Positions 9,943 through 18,764 of a stretch of DNA of 64,000 nt are shown piece after piece. The position numbers and the translations under genes were made by a program. Every line of letters starts with the position of its first letter. The stretch's first letter is position 1. A model generated the notes under the pieces. That model ran no database searches, had not been told where the DNA came from, and saw nothing but the letters and a program-made list of their open reading frames with translations. Origin of the DNA: an uncultured virus (IMG/VR IMGVR_UViG_3300037792_000004) (taxonomy: Duplodnaviria; Heunggongvirae; Uroviricota; Caudoviricetes); IMG/VR virus record IMGVR_UViG_3300037792_000004. One strand, 5' to 3'.

Positions 9943-10448
9943 ACGGGTTCTCCTGTCAGGTTCGGCCCGGTGACGACCTTGTCGTGTTTGTGGTCATGGC
10001 CGTTGTTGGTGTCGTTGTGGGTGAACACGCTGCCGTAGGCTCGGAACGCACCGTCAATCCGGACGTCACCCTCAAAATGAAAGCCGTCGTCGTTGATCGT
10101 CAGCGTCTTGCCTTCCGGCGAGATCGCTTTCAGAACCTTGGTGTCGGTGCTGGCCGCTTCATGAGCGTCATCGGGAAGGCAGGGCAGAAAAACTCCGTTC
10201 GCGGGATCGCCGTCAGGGCAAAACACGAGCCCTTGCGCGCCCGCATCTGCTGGCGCGTCGATTTTCCATGCGCCGGCGCTTAATGAGACCTGCGACAGTT
10301 CACCGGAAACAAAGCCGGTCCCGTCTTCAACGATCACCTTGCCGTTGCGGTTTTCCTTGACCTTCACCTTGCGAAGCACGTTTGCCTGGCGTCGTTCCAA
10401 CTCGGCCAGCCGCTCAAGGATCTGCATCATCGGGTCCGACTTAGGCAC
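9939..10448 (-). CDS. Baseplate spike protein V
   Basis: GTG start after AGGAGG; GAQGLVFCPDGDPANG; C-terminal HKH metal-binding tip motif. Confidence 0.85.
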   Translation of the reverse strand: MPKSDPMMQILERLAELERRQANVLRKVKVKENRNGKVIVEDGTGFVSGELSQVSLSAGAWKIDAPADAGAQGLVFCPDGDPANGVFLPCLPDDAHEAASTDTKVLKAISPEGKTLTINDDGFHFEGDVRIDGAFRAYGSVFTHNDTNNGHDHKHDKVVTGPNLTGEPV

Positions 10449-10953
10449 CGGCCCCTCCTGTCTGGCGCTGAGTGACCGCGCCTTCTGCATCAAACAGGTG
10501 GAAAGTTTGCTGCCACTCGATTTGCCAAATCGTGGTGCCCTTCTTGTCCAGGGACGGCGAATAGTGATTGGCGGCAAAGAGACCTGAGGGTTTGTTCGCA
10601 CCTGCAAGGCCAAAGCGATTGCCATCAACAAACAGGGTCGCTGCCCCAACCAGGTCTGCAAGATCACCAGACTGTTTTGCCCGGCGCTCGGACGGTGGCA
10701 CCAGAAACACGCCAAGGCGCAAGACGATCATCTGCGCGCCATTTGCATGTGCGCCCACGTCCGCAATCCGGCCGATCCCGACAAAGGCGGCTCCGGATTT
10801 CGGGACTGAGTTCTTGGACAGGAACGCCTCGGTCAAAATGCCGGGTGACGGTTCAACCTTCGCGCCCGCTGCCAGCAGCCCGGCAGATTTGATGGAGGCG
10901 GCAACCGCATCTTGAATATCGCTGAGTGTCTTGGGTTGGTTAAGACCGCTCAT
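10441..10953 (-). CDS. Mu gp37-like tail terminator / neck protein
   Basis: 170 aa after gpG; C-terminal IWQIEWQQ. Confidence 0.65.
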   Translation of the reverse strand: MSGLNQPKTLSDIQDAVAASIKSAGLLAAGAKVEPSPGILTEAFLSKNSVPKSGAAFVGIGRIADVGAHANGAQMIVLRLGVFLVPPSERRAKQSGDLADLVGAATLFVDGNRFGLAGANKPSGLFAANHYSPSLDKKGTTIWQIEWQQTFHLFDAEGAVTQRQTGGAGA

Positions 10954-11429
10954 TGCAGCACCTCGCCAACAAAGCGCAGGGCCGCGCCTTCAAGCTCGCG
11001 CGCGTTGTCCTGGCTGATCCCCACATAGGGCCGCGCCGGGATGGTGACTTCTTTGGCAAAGATCGGACTGCCGCCGATCGAAAAGGCGAGCGTCTTGGCG
11101 CTGTCCGGTTTGATCACCGCGCCGGACTGATGGACGGCGGCATAGACCAGGGCAGATCCCCAGGCGACCGCGTCAGAACCTTCAGCTTGGTGATCAATGC
11201 TGTCAGCCAACGCCCCTGTCTGAAACAGGAGGGAAGAGCCTTCCGCATTCGCTTTCCAGGCTTCGCCGTCCGGTCCCGTCTTTTCCTCTTCCAGCCGCCG
11301 TTTGGTCTGGCTGGCACCAAGTGCGCCGAGACCGTCCAGCAGCTCGGACTTGTCCAGCCCGGCCGCGCGATCAAGGGCCGCAATCGGCTCATCAAACTGG
11401 AAAGAGGTTATGAATTGAAATCCGCTCAT
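10950..11429 (-). CDS. Phage virion morphogenesis protein (Mu gpG)
   Basis: GPDGEAWK, YAAVHQSG, IPARPYVGIS motifs; start placed at MSGFQF. Confidence 0.9.
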   Translation of the reverse strand: MSGFQFITSFQFDEPIAALDRAAGLDKSELLDGLGALGASQTKRRLEEEKTGPDGEAWKANAEGSSLLFQTGALADSIDHQAEGSDAVAWGSALVYAAVHQSGAVIKPDSAKTLAFSIGGSPIFAKEVTIPARPYVGISQDNARELEGAALRFVGEVLQ

Positions 11430-11430
11430 C

Positions 11431-11868
11431 TCACCACTCGCTGAATTCTGAGCGGGAGAACTGGCGCTCCGGCGCAATCATCTGGACATCAGAAGAGGTC
11501 GCAGCTGCGGGCTCGGTTGTGCCCTGTTTGGTCACCGGCAAATCGGCTACGCCTTTGGCCACGGACTTGAGATAGTCGATCGAGGCTTTGTAGCGCTCCT
11601 TGATTTCCTCAGTGACCTCATTGGCAGTGCGCGCCAGATGATAGGTGGCAATCGCAACCGCATGGACCCTCAACACCGGGAGCGCCGCCGGGTCGATCAC
11701 CGGAACCGGGTAACGGCTGGCAAGCCACCCGTCCATTTCAGCGCTGGCAGAGACCAGTGCCTTGTCAATGCCGGTGACATCGGCCGTGCCGTCTCCATCG
11801 GCATCCCCGATGAAGCTTTGGCTTTCCTCTGCCTCCAGCCAGTCCTGTGCGGTTGCATAAGCCATCAC
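11431..11868 (-). CDS. Mu gp36-like head-tail adaptor (DUF1320)
   Basis: MAYAT...ASAEMDGWLASRYPVP...LKSVAKG; paralogous to 57385-57816. Confidence 0.88.
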   Translation of the reverse strand: MMAYATAQDWLEAEESQSFIGDADGDGTADVTGIDKALVSASAEMDGWLASRYPVPVIDPAALPVLRVHAVAIATYHLARTANEVTEEIKERYKASIDYLKSVAKGVADLPVTKQGTTEPAAATSSDVQMIAPERQFSRSEFSEW

Positions 11869-12281
11869 GCGCCGGATGCCTCCAGACGTGCTTTCAGCGT
11901 GTCGCGCTGCTCATCGGTCAAACCGGCAAGAGCTGCGGTGACATCAGCCTTGGACAAATCCCGGCCGATCGCGGTTTCGATCGCGGCAACATTGGGCGAT
12001 CCATCCTTGTTGAAGTCTTCCGGCGTCAAGTCTTCAAGAACGGCCTTGATGATGGCAGCTCCAGCGTCCTCTTCAGTGCCGGTCTGATCGTTCGCCGTGG
12101 CATCTGCTGTGCCGAACCGCAGGGACAGGACCGGGTCGCCTTCCAGGCGCGGAAGTTCAGTTTCGGAAAGGTCCGCTACTTTCAGCGTTACCGGCTCTTT
12201 TGCCTTGAAAAGACGGCCAATCCGCCAGCGGTCTCGGCTCGCGGTCACAATGACCACGTCTTGTTCTGCACTTTTAGTCAT
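11865..12281 (-). CDS. Mu-like HI1506-related protein
   Basis: RWRIGRLF...LEGDPVL after capsid; start at MTKSAEQ. Confidence 0.6.
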   Translation of the reverse strand: MTKSAEQDVVIVTASRDRWRIGRLFKAKEPVTLKVADLSETELPRLEGDPVLSLRFGTADATANDQTGTEEDAGAAIIKAVLEDLTPEDFNKDGSPNVAAIETAIGRDLSKADVTAALAGLTDEQRDTLKARLEASGA

Positions 12282-12300
12282 GGTTGGTCTCCAAAGAGAC

Positions 12301-12319
12301 CCGGACGGATACCGTCCGG
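12301..12319 (-). terminator. Hairpin after the capsid gene
   Basis: CCGGACGG-ATA-CCGTCCGG perfect inverted repeat; no strong U tract. Confidence 0.4.
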
Positions 12320-12334
12320 ATCTTGTCGAGCAGG

Positions 12335-13234
12335 TCAGGCGAGGTGCGGCGAGACGAACAGTTCGGTAATCCCTTTCAGGATGTTGTCTTCGCCGCCTGT
12401 CTTGCGGGCCTGTTCCAGAAGCTCGCGCGCCTTCCATTGGTTGGAAGACCCGACCACCAGCAGGTTTGGCTTGATCGCAAGCTTGCCGCCCTGATCGTTC
12501 TCAAGGTCAGTCATGGACTGGTAAGCGGACTTGAAGTTGGCCTCGGTCAGGTCCGCTTTGGAGCCGAACGCCATTTGCCAGAAGCTGTACCCAACGTTCG
12601 CGCGGGCTTCGATGCCGTACAGCAATTCGTTCTTCATGAAGACCCGCTCCGTTGTGTTCGGATCGGTCATCTGCGCGAATTGTGGTTTCTTGCGCATTTG
12701 CAAGATGATCGGCTTCAAGGCCTGATTGGTGTCAACAAGGAACCAGGGCGCGCCACCGCCAGCCTGCATGTTGGAGACGGTTCGAAGATTGCCTTCGGCT
12801 TTGTCACCAACCGGGTGGTCGGTATCAAAGAAGTTCTGCCCGTCATAACAGGCTGTGTCGAACCCGGCTGCGAGTGCAGGCCAGACAAGTTCATCCGGCC
12901 AGCGGGCAGCTGCCCGGCCTTGCGCCTGGAAAAGCTTGGAGTAAACGCCGAGGTTGTCGTCTTCAATGTGCTTCTTCAGAACACCGACTGTGTTTTCAAA
13001 GTCTTCGTTCTCAATGGCGTATTTGTGCGCGGCCAGGGCTTTGACGACACGGTCGCCAACCCACTTGCGCAAAGACGGCCACTGACCTAGCCAGCCATAT
13101 TCGTTGCTGGCTGTCGTGGATGTGACTTCCTCAGCCACCATGTTCCAGGTTGGCGTAACTTCATTAAAGCCAGCCTGGTAATTCGATTTGAAGCCGACGC
13201 CGAGCGTCTGAAGATTTGCTCCGGTGAGTTCCAT
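12335..13234 (-). CDS. Mu-like major capsid protein gpT
   Basis: YGWLGQWPSLRKWVGDR, CYDGQNFFDTDHPV, KPIILQMR motifs. Confidence 0.96.
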   Translation of the reverse strand: MELTGANLQTLGVGFKSNYQAGFNEVTPTWNMVAEEVTSTTASNEYGWLGQWPSLRKWVGDRVVKALAAHKYAIENEDFENTVGVLKKHIEDDNLGVYSKLFQAQGRAAARWPDELVWPALAAGFDTACYDGQNFFDTDHPVGDKAEGNLRTVSNMQAGGGAPWFLVDTNQALKPIILQMRKKPQFAQMTDPNTTERVFMKNELLYGIEARANVGYSFWQMAFGSKADLTEANFKSAYQSMTDLENDQGGKLAIKPNLLVVGSSNQWKARELLEQARKTGGEDNILKGITELFVSPHLA

Positions 13235-13281
13235 TTTGAAAAGTCTCCGCTAACGGCCGATACAGCCGGGTGAAAGGCTGA

Positions 13282-13683
13282 TCAGTCGAACGAGATCCAC
13301 ACGCCGACGTCGTCAACGTCGCGCACGGTTCCTGCTTTCGACCGGGTGTTGGTGCCATCGGTTGCGGCAACGGTTTCATCGTCAACGATGTAACAAGGCT
13401 GACCGATGGAAGACCGGGTCACCGGATCGCCGATGTCATTGCCAAGGCGGAACCAGTCGTCCCGCTCAACGGTGACGTTGGTATCGCCATTCGCTCCGGA
13501 GCTGTTGTCGGCGGTCATGATGGCCATACCGATCGCGACAAGACCGGTGGCGGTGCGGCCACGCGTGGCAAAGCCGTTTTCCAGGACGGCAAGTGCCCCG
13601 CCAAAGATCTTGGTCGCAGCCGCAACTGGATGGCTCGGCGTGCGGCCTGCCCGCTTATGCACGTTCTGTCTGGACGTCAGCAT
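13282..13683 (-). CDS. Capsid cement / decoration-like protein
   Basis: 133 aa between protease and capsid; CYIVDDETVA...RSKAGTV; paralogous to 59189-59599. Confidence 0.7.
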   Translation of the reverse strand: MLTSRQNVHKRAGRTPSHPVAAATKIFGGALAVLENGFATRGRTATGLVAIGMAIMTADNSSGANGDTNVTVERDDWFRLGNDIGDPVTRSSIGQPCYIVDDETVAATDGTNTRSKAGTVRDVDDVGVWISFD

Positions 13684-14696
13684 CAGGCGGCTCCCTTGTC
13701 TGCCGCCAGATCCTTGGCGAAGTCGTCATGCGACAGGCCAAGCTGATCGGCGATTTTCTTCTCATCGGCGGAAAGCACGGCTTTGCCCTTACCGGGATCA
13801 ACCGTGTCCAGGCCGCTGTTCTCGGCCATGGCCAGAACAGGCGCGCCTTCGATAAAGGCCTTGAAGCCTTTCAAGCCCTCAGGACCGGACCGGCAAGCGG
13901 CCAGGTGATAGTCCTTTGAAGCCGGAGCGATCTTGCCGTCCTTGATTGCCTGATCGACCAGATCCGCAATCTCCGCATCGGCGGTTTGCTTTAGGCTGTT
14001 CAAAGCCGTGTCGCGCTCACCGACCACCTTGTCGTAGTCAGAACGCGGGACGAACTTTTCAACGTCCGGCATTTGGGCCGCGTTCTCAGCCTTGGCCTTA
14101 CCGGCGTCCAGTTCCTCAACGGCCTTGATGATCGCATCGTCTGACGCCTCATCAGCCAGACCGAGGGAACGGCAAAGCGCGCGGCGCTTTTCCTTGTCCA
14201 TGGTGCTCTCGCTTGTGTTTGGTTCAGGGGAAGGGCCGCGCCGGTTGAGCGCGGTAAGCTGCAAATTCGGATCGACAGTCAAGGCAACAGAGGTCAGCTC
14301 CAAAACCCGGTTGGTGTTGGTGTCGTAGAAAAACGCGGGACTGACATGGCGGTACTGCCGCGAACCGACTTTCTCCCGGCCAAGCTCCGTCCAGTCCGCC
14401 TTGCCCCAGACAGACCCATCGTCCTTGAGATCCAGCTCGACGATGTAACCGGCAATATCCTTGGCCTTGCCGTCCGGCCACTCTTCCGTGCCGTGTTCAA
14501 AGTCGATCGGCAGCCCGGACGGGCGGCGGTCGAACATGGCAAGAAGATCTTCCGGCCGGTCATTGAGCCACGTGCGGCCATCGTAACCAGCCACTGTTTG
14601 ACCAGCAGGCAGAAGCTGGATCCACTCCGGAACCGTTCCCTCTTCACCGGTGTTCAGGGCAATCGCGATTGCAGCAATGGGGCTCGTTTTCGTCAT
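13683..14696 (-). CDS. Mu-like prohead protease/scaffold gpI
   Basis: WIQLLPAG, IDFEH, YRHVSPAF, SVALT motifs; start placed at MTKTSP. Confidence 0.93.
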   Translation of the reverse strand: MTKTSPIAAIAIALNTGEEGTVPEWIQLLPAGQTVAGYDGRTWLNDRPEDLLAMFDRRPSGLPIDFEHGTEEWPDGKAKDIAGYIVELDLKDDGSVWGKADWTELGREKVGSRQYRHVSPAFFYDTNTNRVLELTSVALTVDPNLQLTALNRRGPSPEPNTSESTMDKEKRRALCRSLGLADEASDDAIIKAVEELDAGKAKAENAAQMPDVEKFVPRSDYDKVVGERDTALNSLKQTADAEIADLVDQAIKDGKIAPASKDYHLAACRSGPEGLKGFKAFIEGAPVLAMAENSGLDTVDPGKGKAVLSADEKKIADQLGLSHDDFAKDLAADKGAA

Positions 14697-14729
14697 GCCC
14701 GAAAGCTGGCAGACACCGGGCACAAAAAA

Positions 14730-14751
14730 ACCGGCGACATATGTCACCGGT
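14730..14751 (-). promoter_or_regulatory. Putative late-activator site / late promoter of prophage A (protease operon)
   Basis: 22-bp palindrome ACCGGCGACATATGTCACCGGT, 21 nt upstream of -10-like CAGCTT; near-identical copy at 23324. Confidence 0.75.
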
Positions 14752-14965
14752 CTAGTTTGTTAGGTTAACGTGAGGACCTATTTTTGACCCCAAACCGGTT
14801 CCGATTGCAAGTTGCATCCTCGGGCGCTGGATCGCTTCGCCGTTAAACGGGGTTTAAACAGGGTACAACGCGCGCGAGGATTTTTTGCGCATCATGAACC
14901 GCAAACGCCTCTCCAGAGGCTTCTATGGCGATTTTTCGGCATAATAGGTAAACACGGCATGGTGG

Positions 14966-15901
14966 TCAGCTGCCAATACCGAGATACTCGTTAAGTTTGA
15001 CTTTGAACCAGGCGATCCCGGCAGCTTGAGTTACATTCCATGCTTTATCTGCTCCAGCGACCAGTTTTGCCCCGAGCCATGCCATGGCCTTTTCATGGAA
15101 TTTGTTTTCTTCACCGGCAGGTTCAGATGCGGCTATTGCCTTCAGCTCGTTGGCCTGATCAATCGGTATGCCGCCTTGCGCTAAAGCTGCTACTAAGCCG
15201 TCGATATCACCGATCGTGACATGCGTTGTGATCTGCGAATTGTCGCCAGAGCTGTTTATGTTCGTAACCGTGCCGTAATTGATGATCTGTTGCGAAATTT
15301 TTGAAGCAGCTTCTGCATCGATCTCCGGCGTTTCATGCAGACTACTAACTTCTATTTCTGCAGCTTCTGGTATCATGTTTTCCAGTTCCAGCGTCAGGTC
15401 GAGCAGCTTGGAACGAACCGTAGATTTTGTCTTAATAAATACAATAGGATTGAATTCGCTTCGAATTTCTACCAGGGGAATGCGCTCGTAAATCTTGTTT
15501 TGCAAAATGAGTTTCAAATCAGCGCAAGGAAGGCCGTAATTGCCATTGTCCTTTGATGGGGAATTGAGTTTTGCAATTATGGGCTCCAGCGAAGCTAGTG
15601 GCTCCCGCACGTGATAGTTAAGCCAGCCTTCTCCTGCATGTTCTTTGATTAAGTAAAGAGGAATAGAAACGTCGTTCAAATACGTTACCCCGTCAGAAAA
15701 AGTTCCATTATATGACAATGGCGCTATCCTGTAATCGGGAACAGGCGAACCGTCTGGATATCCCGAAATCTCGTGACTGACCCAGTCTTCAAGTGCAACA
15801 TCACCCAATCTGTTCGCGAGATACCTCAATTTCAACAGAGCCGGTTCCAATGCGGCATGATCGTCTAGTACCGCGTTTTGAATTTCGCGTAGCAAACTCA
15901 T
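14966..15901 (-). CDS. AbiTii-domain protein (abortive-infection-like moron)
   Basis: LLKLRYLANRLG...WVSHEISGY...VPDYR N-terminal signature; AT-richer than flanks; inserted between gpF and gpI. Confidence 0.8.
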   Translation of the reverse strand: MSLLREIQNAVLDDHAALEPALLKLRYLANRLGDVALEDWVSHEISGYPDGSPVPDYRIAPLSYNGTFSDGVTYLNDVSIPLYLIKEHAGEGWLNYHVREPLASLEPIIAKLNSPSKDNGNYGLPCADLKLILQNKIYERIPLVEIRSEFNPIVFIKTKSTVRSKLLDLTLELENMIPEAAEIEVSSLHETPEIDAEAASKISQQIINYGTVTNINSSGDNSQITTHVTIGDIDGLVAALAQGGIPIDQANELKAIAASEPAGEENKFHEKAMAWLGAKLVAGADKAWNVTQAAGIAWFKVKLNEYLGIGS

Positions 15902-16027
15902 TTTGTAGCCTCAATAGCCCCAATTAATATGCTTTATTTGTGGTAGGATTCTGATACAAACACAACCAGCCGGGCAAACCAGTGGCAGGCGCGAACCTGC
16001 GGGAGATGTAGCTGTCCTCCCTCCGGC

Positions 16028-17215
16028 CTATTCCCCTCCCCATTCTCCATACTTCGCTAGATGCGACTTGAGCAGGTTGGCGCTCGATACAAACAACGTG
16101 CCGATGTACAAGTACCCCTCGGCCGACTGGCGCACCACAACACGTCGCAAGTAGCCGCCCTGATCCATCCAGAAGTTGATACCTTTGTTGTCAGTGCGCC
16201 GGTCAATCGCAGTCCCGGTTTCCAGCATCTGCTGAACCTGACCAAAGCCCGCCGTGTCGATCGCTGCATGCTTCCCAATCTTTGCAGCCAACGTGTCATT
16301 GGAAACCACCACCAAAGCAGACGGTGCTTTAAGGCGATTTGCCAAATCTGGAGCGTATGCCACGGGCAGATGCACCCGCTCATTCATCCGCGCGTAGGCT
16401 TCCGGTGCTCGCGATTGCCAGAACTCTTGCAAGACGGCTTTGGCAATTGCCGGTGATGCACTGCCCGCGTCTTCCAGATTGGCGTTGAAATGCGGGATCA
16501 GGTTCTTTGCCCGCGCCTTGCCGGGATTGGTGTTCCAACCCGGATCAATCCCTTGCGGGATCAACTCGGTCTTGCCGGTGCGCTTGTTCAGGACTTCGAC
16601 CAGGGGAATGTCGGGTGGTTCACTAACGCCGCCGCGCGTGTCGGTCTCTTCCTGGCTGATTTGCCGAAGCCAGCATTTGCAGCCCCAGCCATTGGGCGGG
16701 AACCAGTCATCCCAGATCGGATCGTCTACCGGGCGGATCGTACCTTCCCGGGCCACGTGGTGCAGCCGTCTGTTCTCGCTCGGGCCTATCCGATAGATGA
16801 AATACGGCAAGACGCGTTTGGTGCGCTGAGCCCGCTCCCAATGCCCGGCAGCACGTGCCGTGCGCGTGTTCGCCCAATAGATCGTTTTGAGCCGTCGCGG
16901 TGATCCGAGCTGCGCGGCAATCAGCTCACCGGTTTTCGGATCAATGAGGTTCTGTTTCCCCCACCATCCAAGGCTCTTTAAAGTGGGTTCAAGGTCCGTT
17001 TTAAAGGCCTCTAACGTCTGCCCGGTCCGGATGGCTTTGGCGACCGCATCGCGAAGCTCGGTAAGGACCTCGGCCTTGACTGCCTTTGCCACTGTGAATG
17101 CAAAGCTGTGTTCTTCGGGCAGGACATCCCGCCAGTGGAAGGATGGCTTGAACGCCTTTTCTTCAAAGAACCGGGTAACCTCCGGCGCGGGTCTGGATGT
17201 GAAGTCATAGGTCAT
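16028..17215 (-). CDS. Mu gpF head morphogenesis protein with C-terminal extension
   Basis: AFTVAKA, GSPRRLKTIY, FPPNGWGCKC, IDPGWNTNPG; extra C-terminal domain of roughly 120-150 aa. Confidence 0.92.
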   Translation of the reverse strand: MTYDFTSRPAPEVTRFFEEKAFKPSFHWRDVLPEEHSFAFTVAKAVKAEVLTELRDAVAKAIRTGQTLEAFKTDLEPTLKSLGWWGKQNLIDPKTGELIAAQLGSPRRLKTIYWANTRTARAAGHWERAQRTKRVLPYFIYRIGPSENRRLHHVAREGTIRPVDDPIWDDWFPPNGWGCKCWLRQISQEETDTRGGVSEPPDIPLVEVLNKRTGKTELIPQGIDPGWNTNPGKARAKNLIPHFNANLEDAGSASPAIAKAVLQEFWQSRAPEAYARMNERVHLPVAYAPDLANRLKAPSALVVVSNDTLAAKIGKHAAIDTAGFGQVQQMLETGTAIDRRTDNKGINFWMDQGGYLRRVVVRQSAEGYLYIGTLFVSSANLLKSHLAKYGEWGGE

Positions 17216-17216
17216 C

Positions 17217-18764
17217 TCAATCCATTACGTCCCCAACGCCCCGCGCCTTCAACCTTGCCCGGTTGAGACCCCGCGCGAGTTCGCTGTCGTCCATGTCTGC
17301 GGTCAAACCCTCAAGACCGGTCAAGATCTCTTCGAAAGATCCGGCACCGTTGACCAGGTCGCGCACGGGCTGAAGCAGCGGGTCCATTTGAGTTTCCCAT
17401 TGGCCGAGTTCATCCGCGCCGATTTCCTCTAGCAAGTCATCAGCAGCGTGGGCGCTGTTGGTGGCCTTGCGCCGGTTTCGGGCGTTGCCCGTATCGTCGG
17501 CTTCGCTCTCGGCAGGCGCACCCAGGATCTCCGCCTCTTCGTCCGGATCGGAGAAGCCCGCCCGGTCGCGGACTTCCGCCGCAGAAACGCGCAGGCCAAG
17601 GGGCACGAGTTTGTGAAGGACATTGGCAAGGCGCTCCAGATCCTCGGGCTCTTGCACCGGCAGGCGCACGGCCGGGTAGCGCTTCTGCTGACCGAAATTC
17701 ACATCAACAAAGGGCCGGATCACGTCCTTGTTGAGAGCCGCTTCCAGTTGCCGGGCATCAGCGGCCTTTACATCAAGGCGGACCTCGTTGTGCACCTCGG
17801 CTTGAGCCTTGGACGATCCATTGTCCGTCGTCATGGTTTGGCCAAGGATGATTTTGGAAACCTGTTCGTCCAGGAACTTGGCAAGGTGCCCAAAGACACT
17901 GTCACCGCCGCGCGCACCGTTTTGGATGAACTCTATGTCCATTCCTTGCGGAATGATCCCGGCCGCATCCGAGGCGATCGACATAACCGCCCGCATCAGC
18001 TTGCGCTTGTCCTCATCCGAGGCATTGGCGTGATACTTACCAATGCGCAGGGGCATACCGAAGATTTCGCAGAACTGCGCCCAATCCTTCAGCGTGTAGG
18101 ATTTCAGGACAAAGGACCACACCGCCACACGGGCAAGACCGGCCCGCACAGGCTTGCCGCTTTTCAGTTTCGGCATATGGGTGATGAACTTGGCCGGTGC
18201 GAGCGGCAGCCCGTCCTTGGTGCCTTCCTGGCGGATCTCAAGCGTACGCTTTTTCTGCTTGTCAAACTGGAACAGACGCGGGTCTTGCCAAACAAAGTCA
18301 CGAGGCATCCAGACCGGCGACTTGGTGTCCCACATCATTTCAACAACGGCGTAGCCTTTGCCAAGTCCGTCCAGGGCATCGTCCAACATGTCGATGAAGT
18401 CCGGCTGCTCAACCAGCATCTTGACCGCTTCGGCAATTGTCTTGTCCGCCTCGGCCTCGCTGGCCGCGTCCACCGTCATGTCGATCGAAGATACAGCACG
18501 CTTGCGGGTTCCAAGCACAGACCCATAGTGCGGCTCGCGCTCTTCCATTTCCTCGGCAAGCGTCAAGAAGTCGAACATGTCGCCATCGTTCGCCGCTTTC
18601 AGAATACGCGGAACGTTGCGCGGCCTCAGGCCCGAGGCAATGCTTTCGTCAAAGCTCCGGCTGAAGCGTCCGACGCTGGTAAAGTCGGTTTCCTTTGAAA
18701 GGGCTTTCGGCTCGGCTTTGATCGGGAGCCCGTGACGATCATAAAAAACGTGGTCTGCCATCAA
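17217..18764 (-). CDS. Portal protein (Mu gp29, DUF935)
   Basis: WAQFCEIFGMP-R-GKY, SKIILGQTMTT, AEVHNEVR motifs. Confidence 0.95.
   Translation of the reverse strand: MMADHVFYDRHGLPIKAEPKALSKETDFTSVGRFSRSFDESIASGLRPRNVPRILKAANDGDMFDFLTLAEEMEEREPHYGSVLGTRKRAVSSIDMTVDAASEAEADKTIAEAVKMLVEQPDFIDMLDDALDGLGKGYAVVEMMWDTKSPVWMPRDFVWQDPRLFQFDKQKKRTLEIRQEGTKDGLPLAPAKFITHMPKLKSGKPVRAGLARVAVWSFVLKSYTLKDWAQFCEIFGMPLRIGKYHANASDEDKRKLMRAVMSIASDAAGIIPQGMDIEFIQNGARGGDSVFGHLAKFLDEQVSKIILGQTMTTDNGSSKAQAEVHNEVRLDVKAADARQLEAALNKDVIRPFVDVNFGQQKRYPAVRLPVQEPEDLERLANVLHKLVPLGLRVSAAEVRDRAGFSDPDEEAEILGAPAESEADDTGNARNRRKATNSAHAADDLLEEIGADELGQWETQMDPLLQPVRDLVNGAGSFEEILTGLEGLTADMDDSELARGLNRARLKARGVGDVMD

Noticed and set aside
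10449..10715. Long N-terminal extension of gpV in the ORF track
   Set aside because: Overlaps the gp37-like gene; a GTG with AGGAGG at 10448 is the better start. Similar over-extended starts were trimmed for several genes.
15962..16028. HDV-like ribozyme (starts GGCCGG, has CCGGCTGG)
   Set aside because: No P3/L3 with the required CC next to the P1 3' strand and no clear P2/P4; kept only as a generic structured element.
17448..18698. 416-aa plus-strand ORF (and similar ones at 57965-59170, 41577-42455, 12284-13090)
   Set aside because: Antisense to well-supported portal, capsid or baseplate genes; expected in high-GC DNA.
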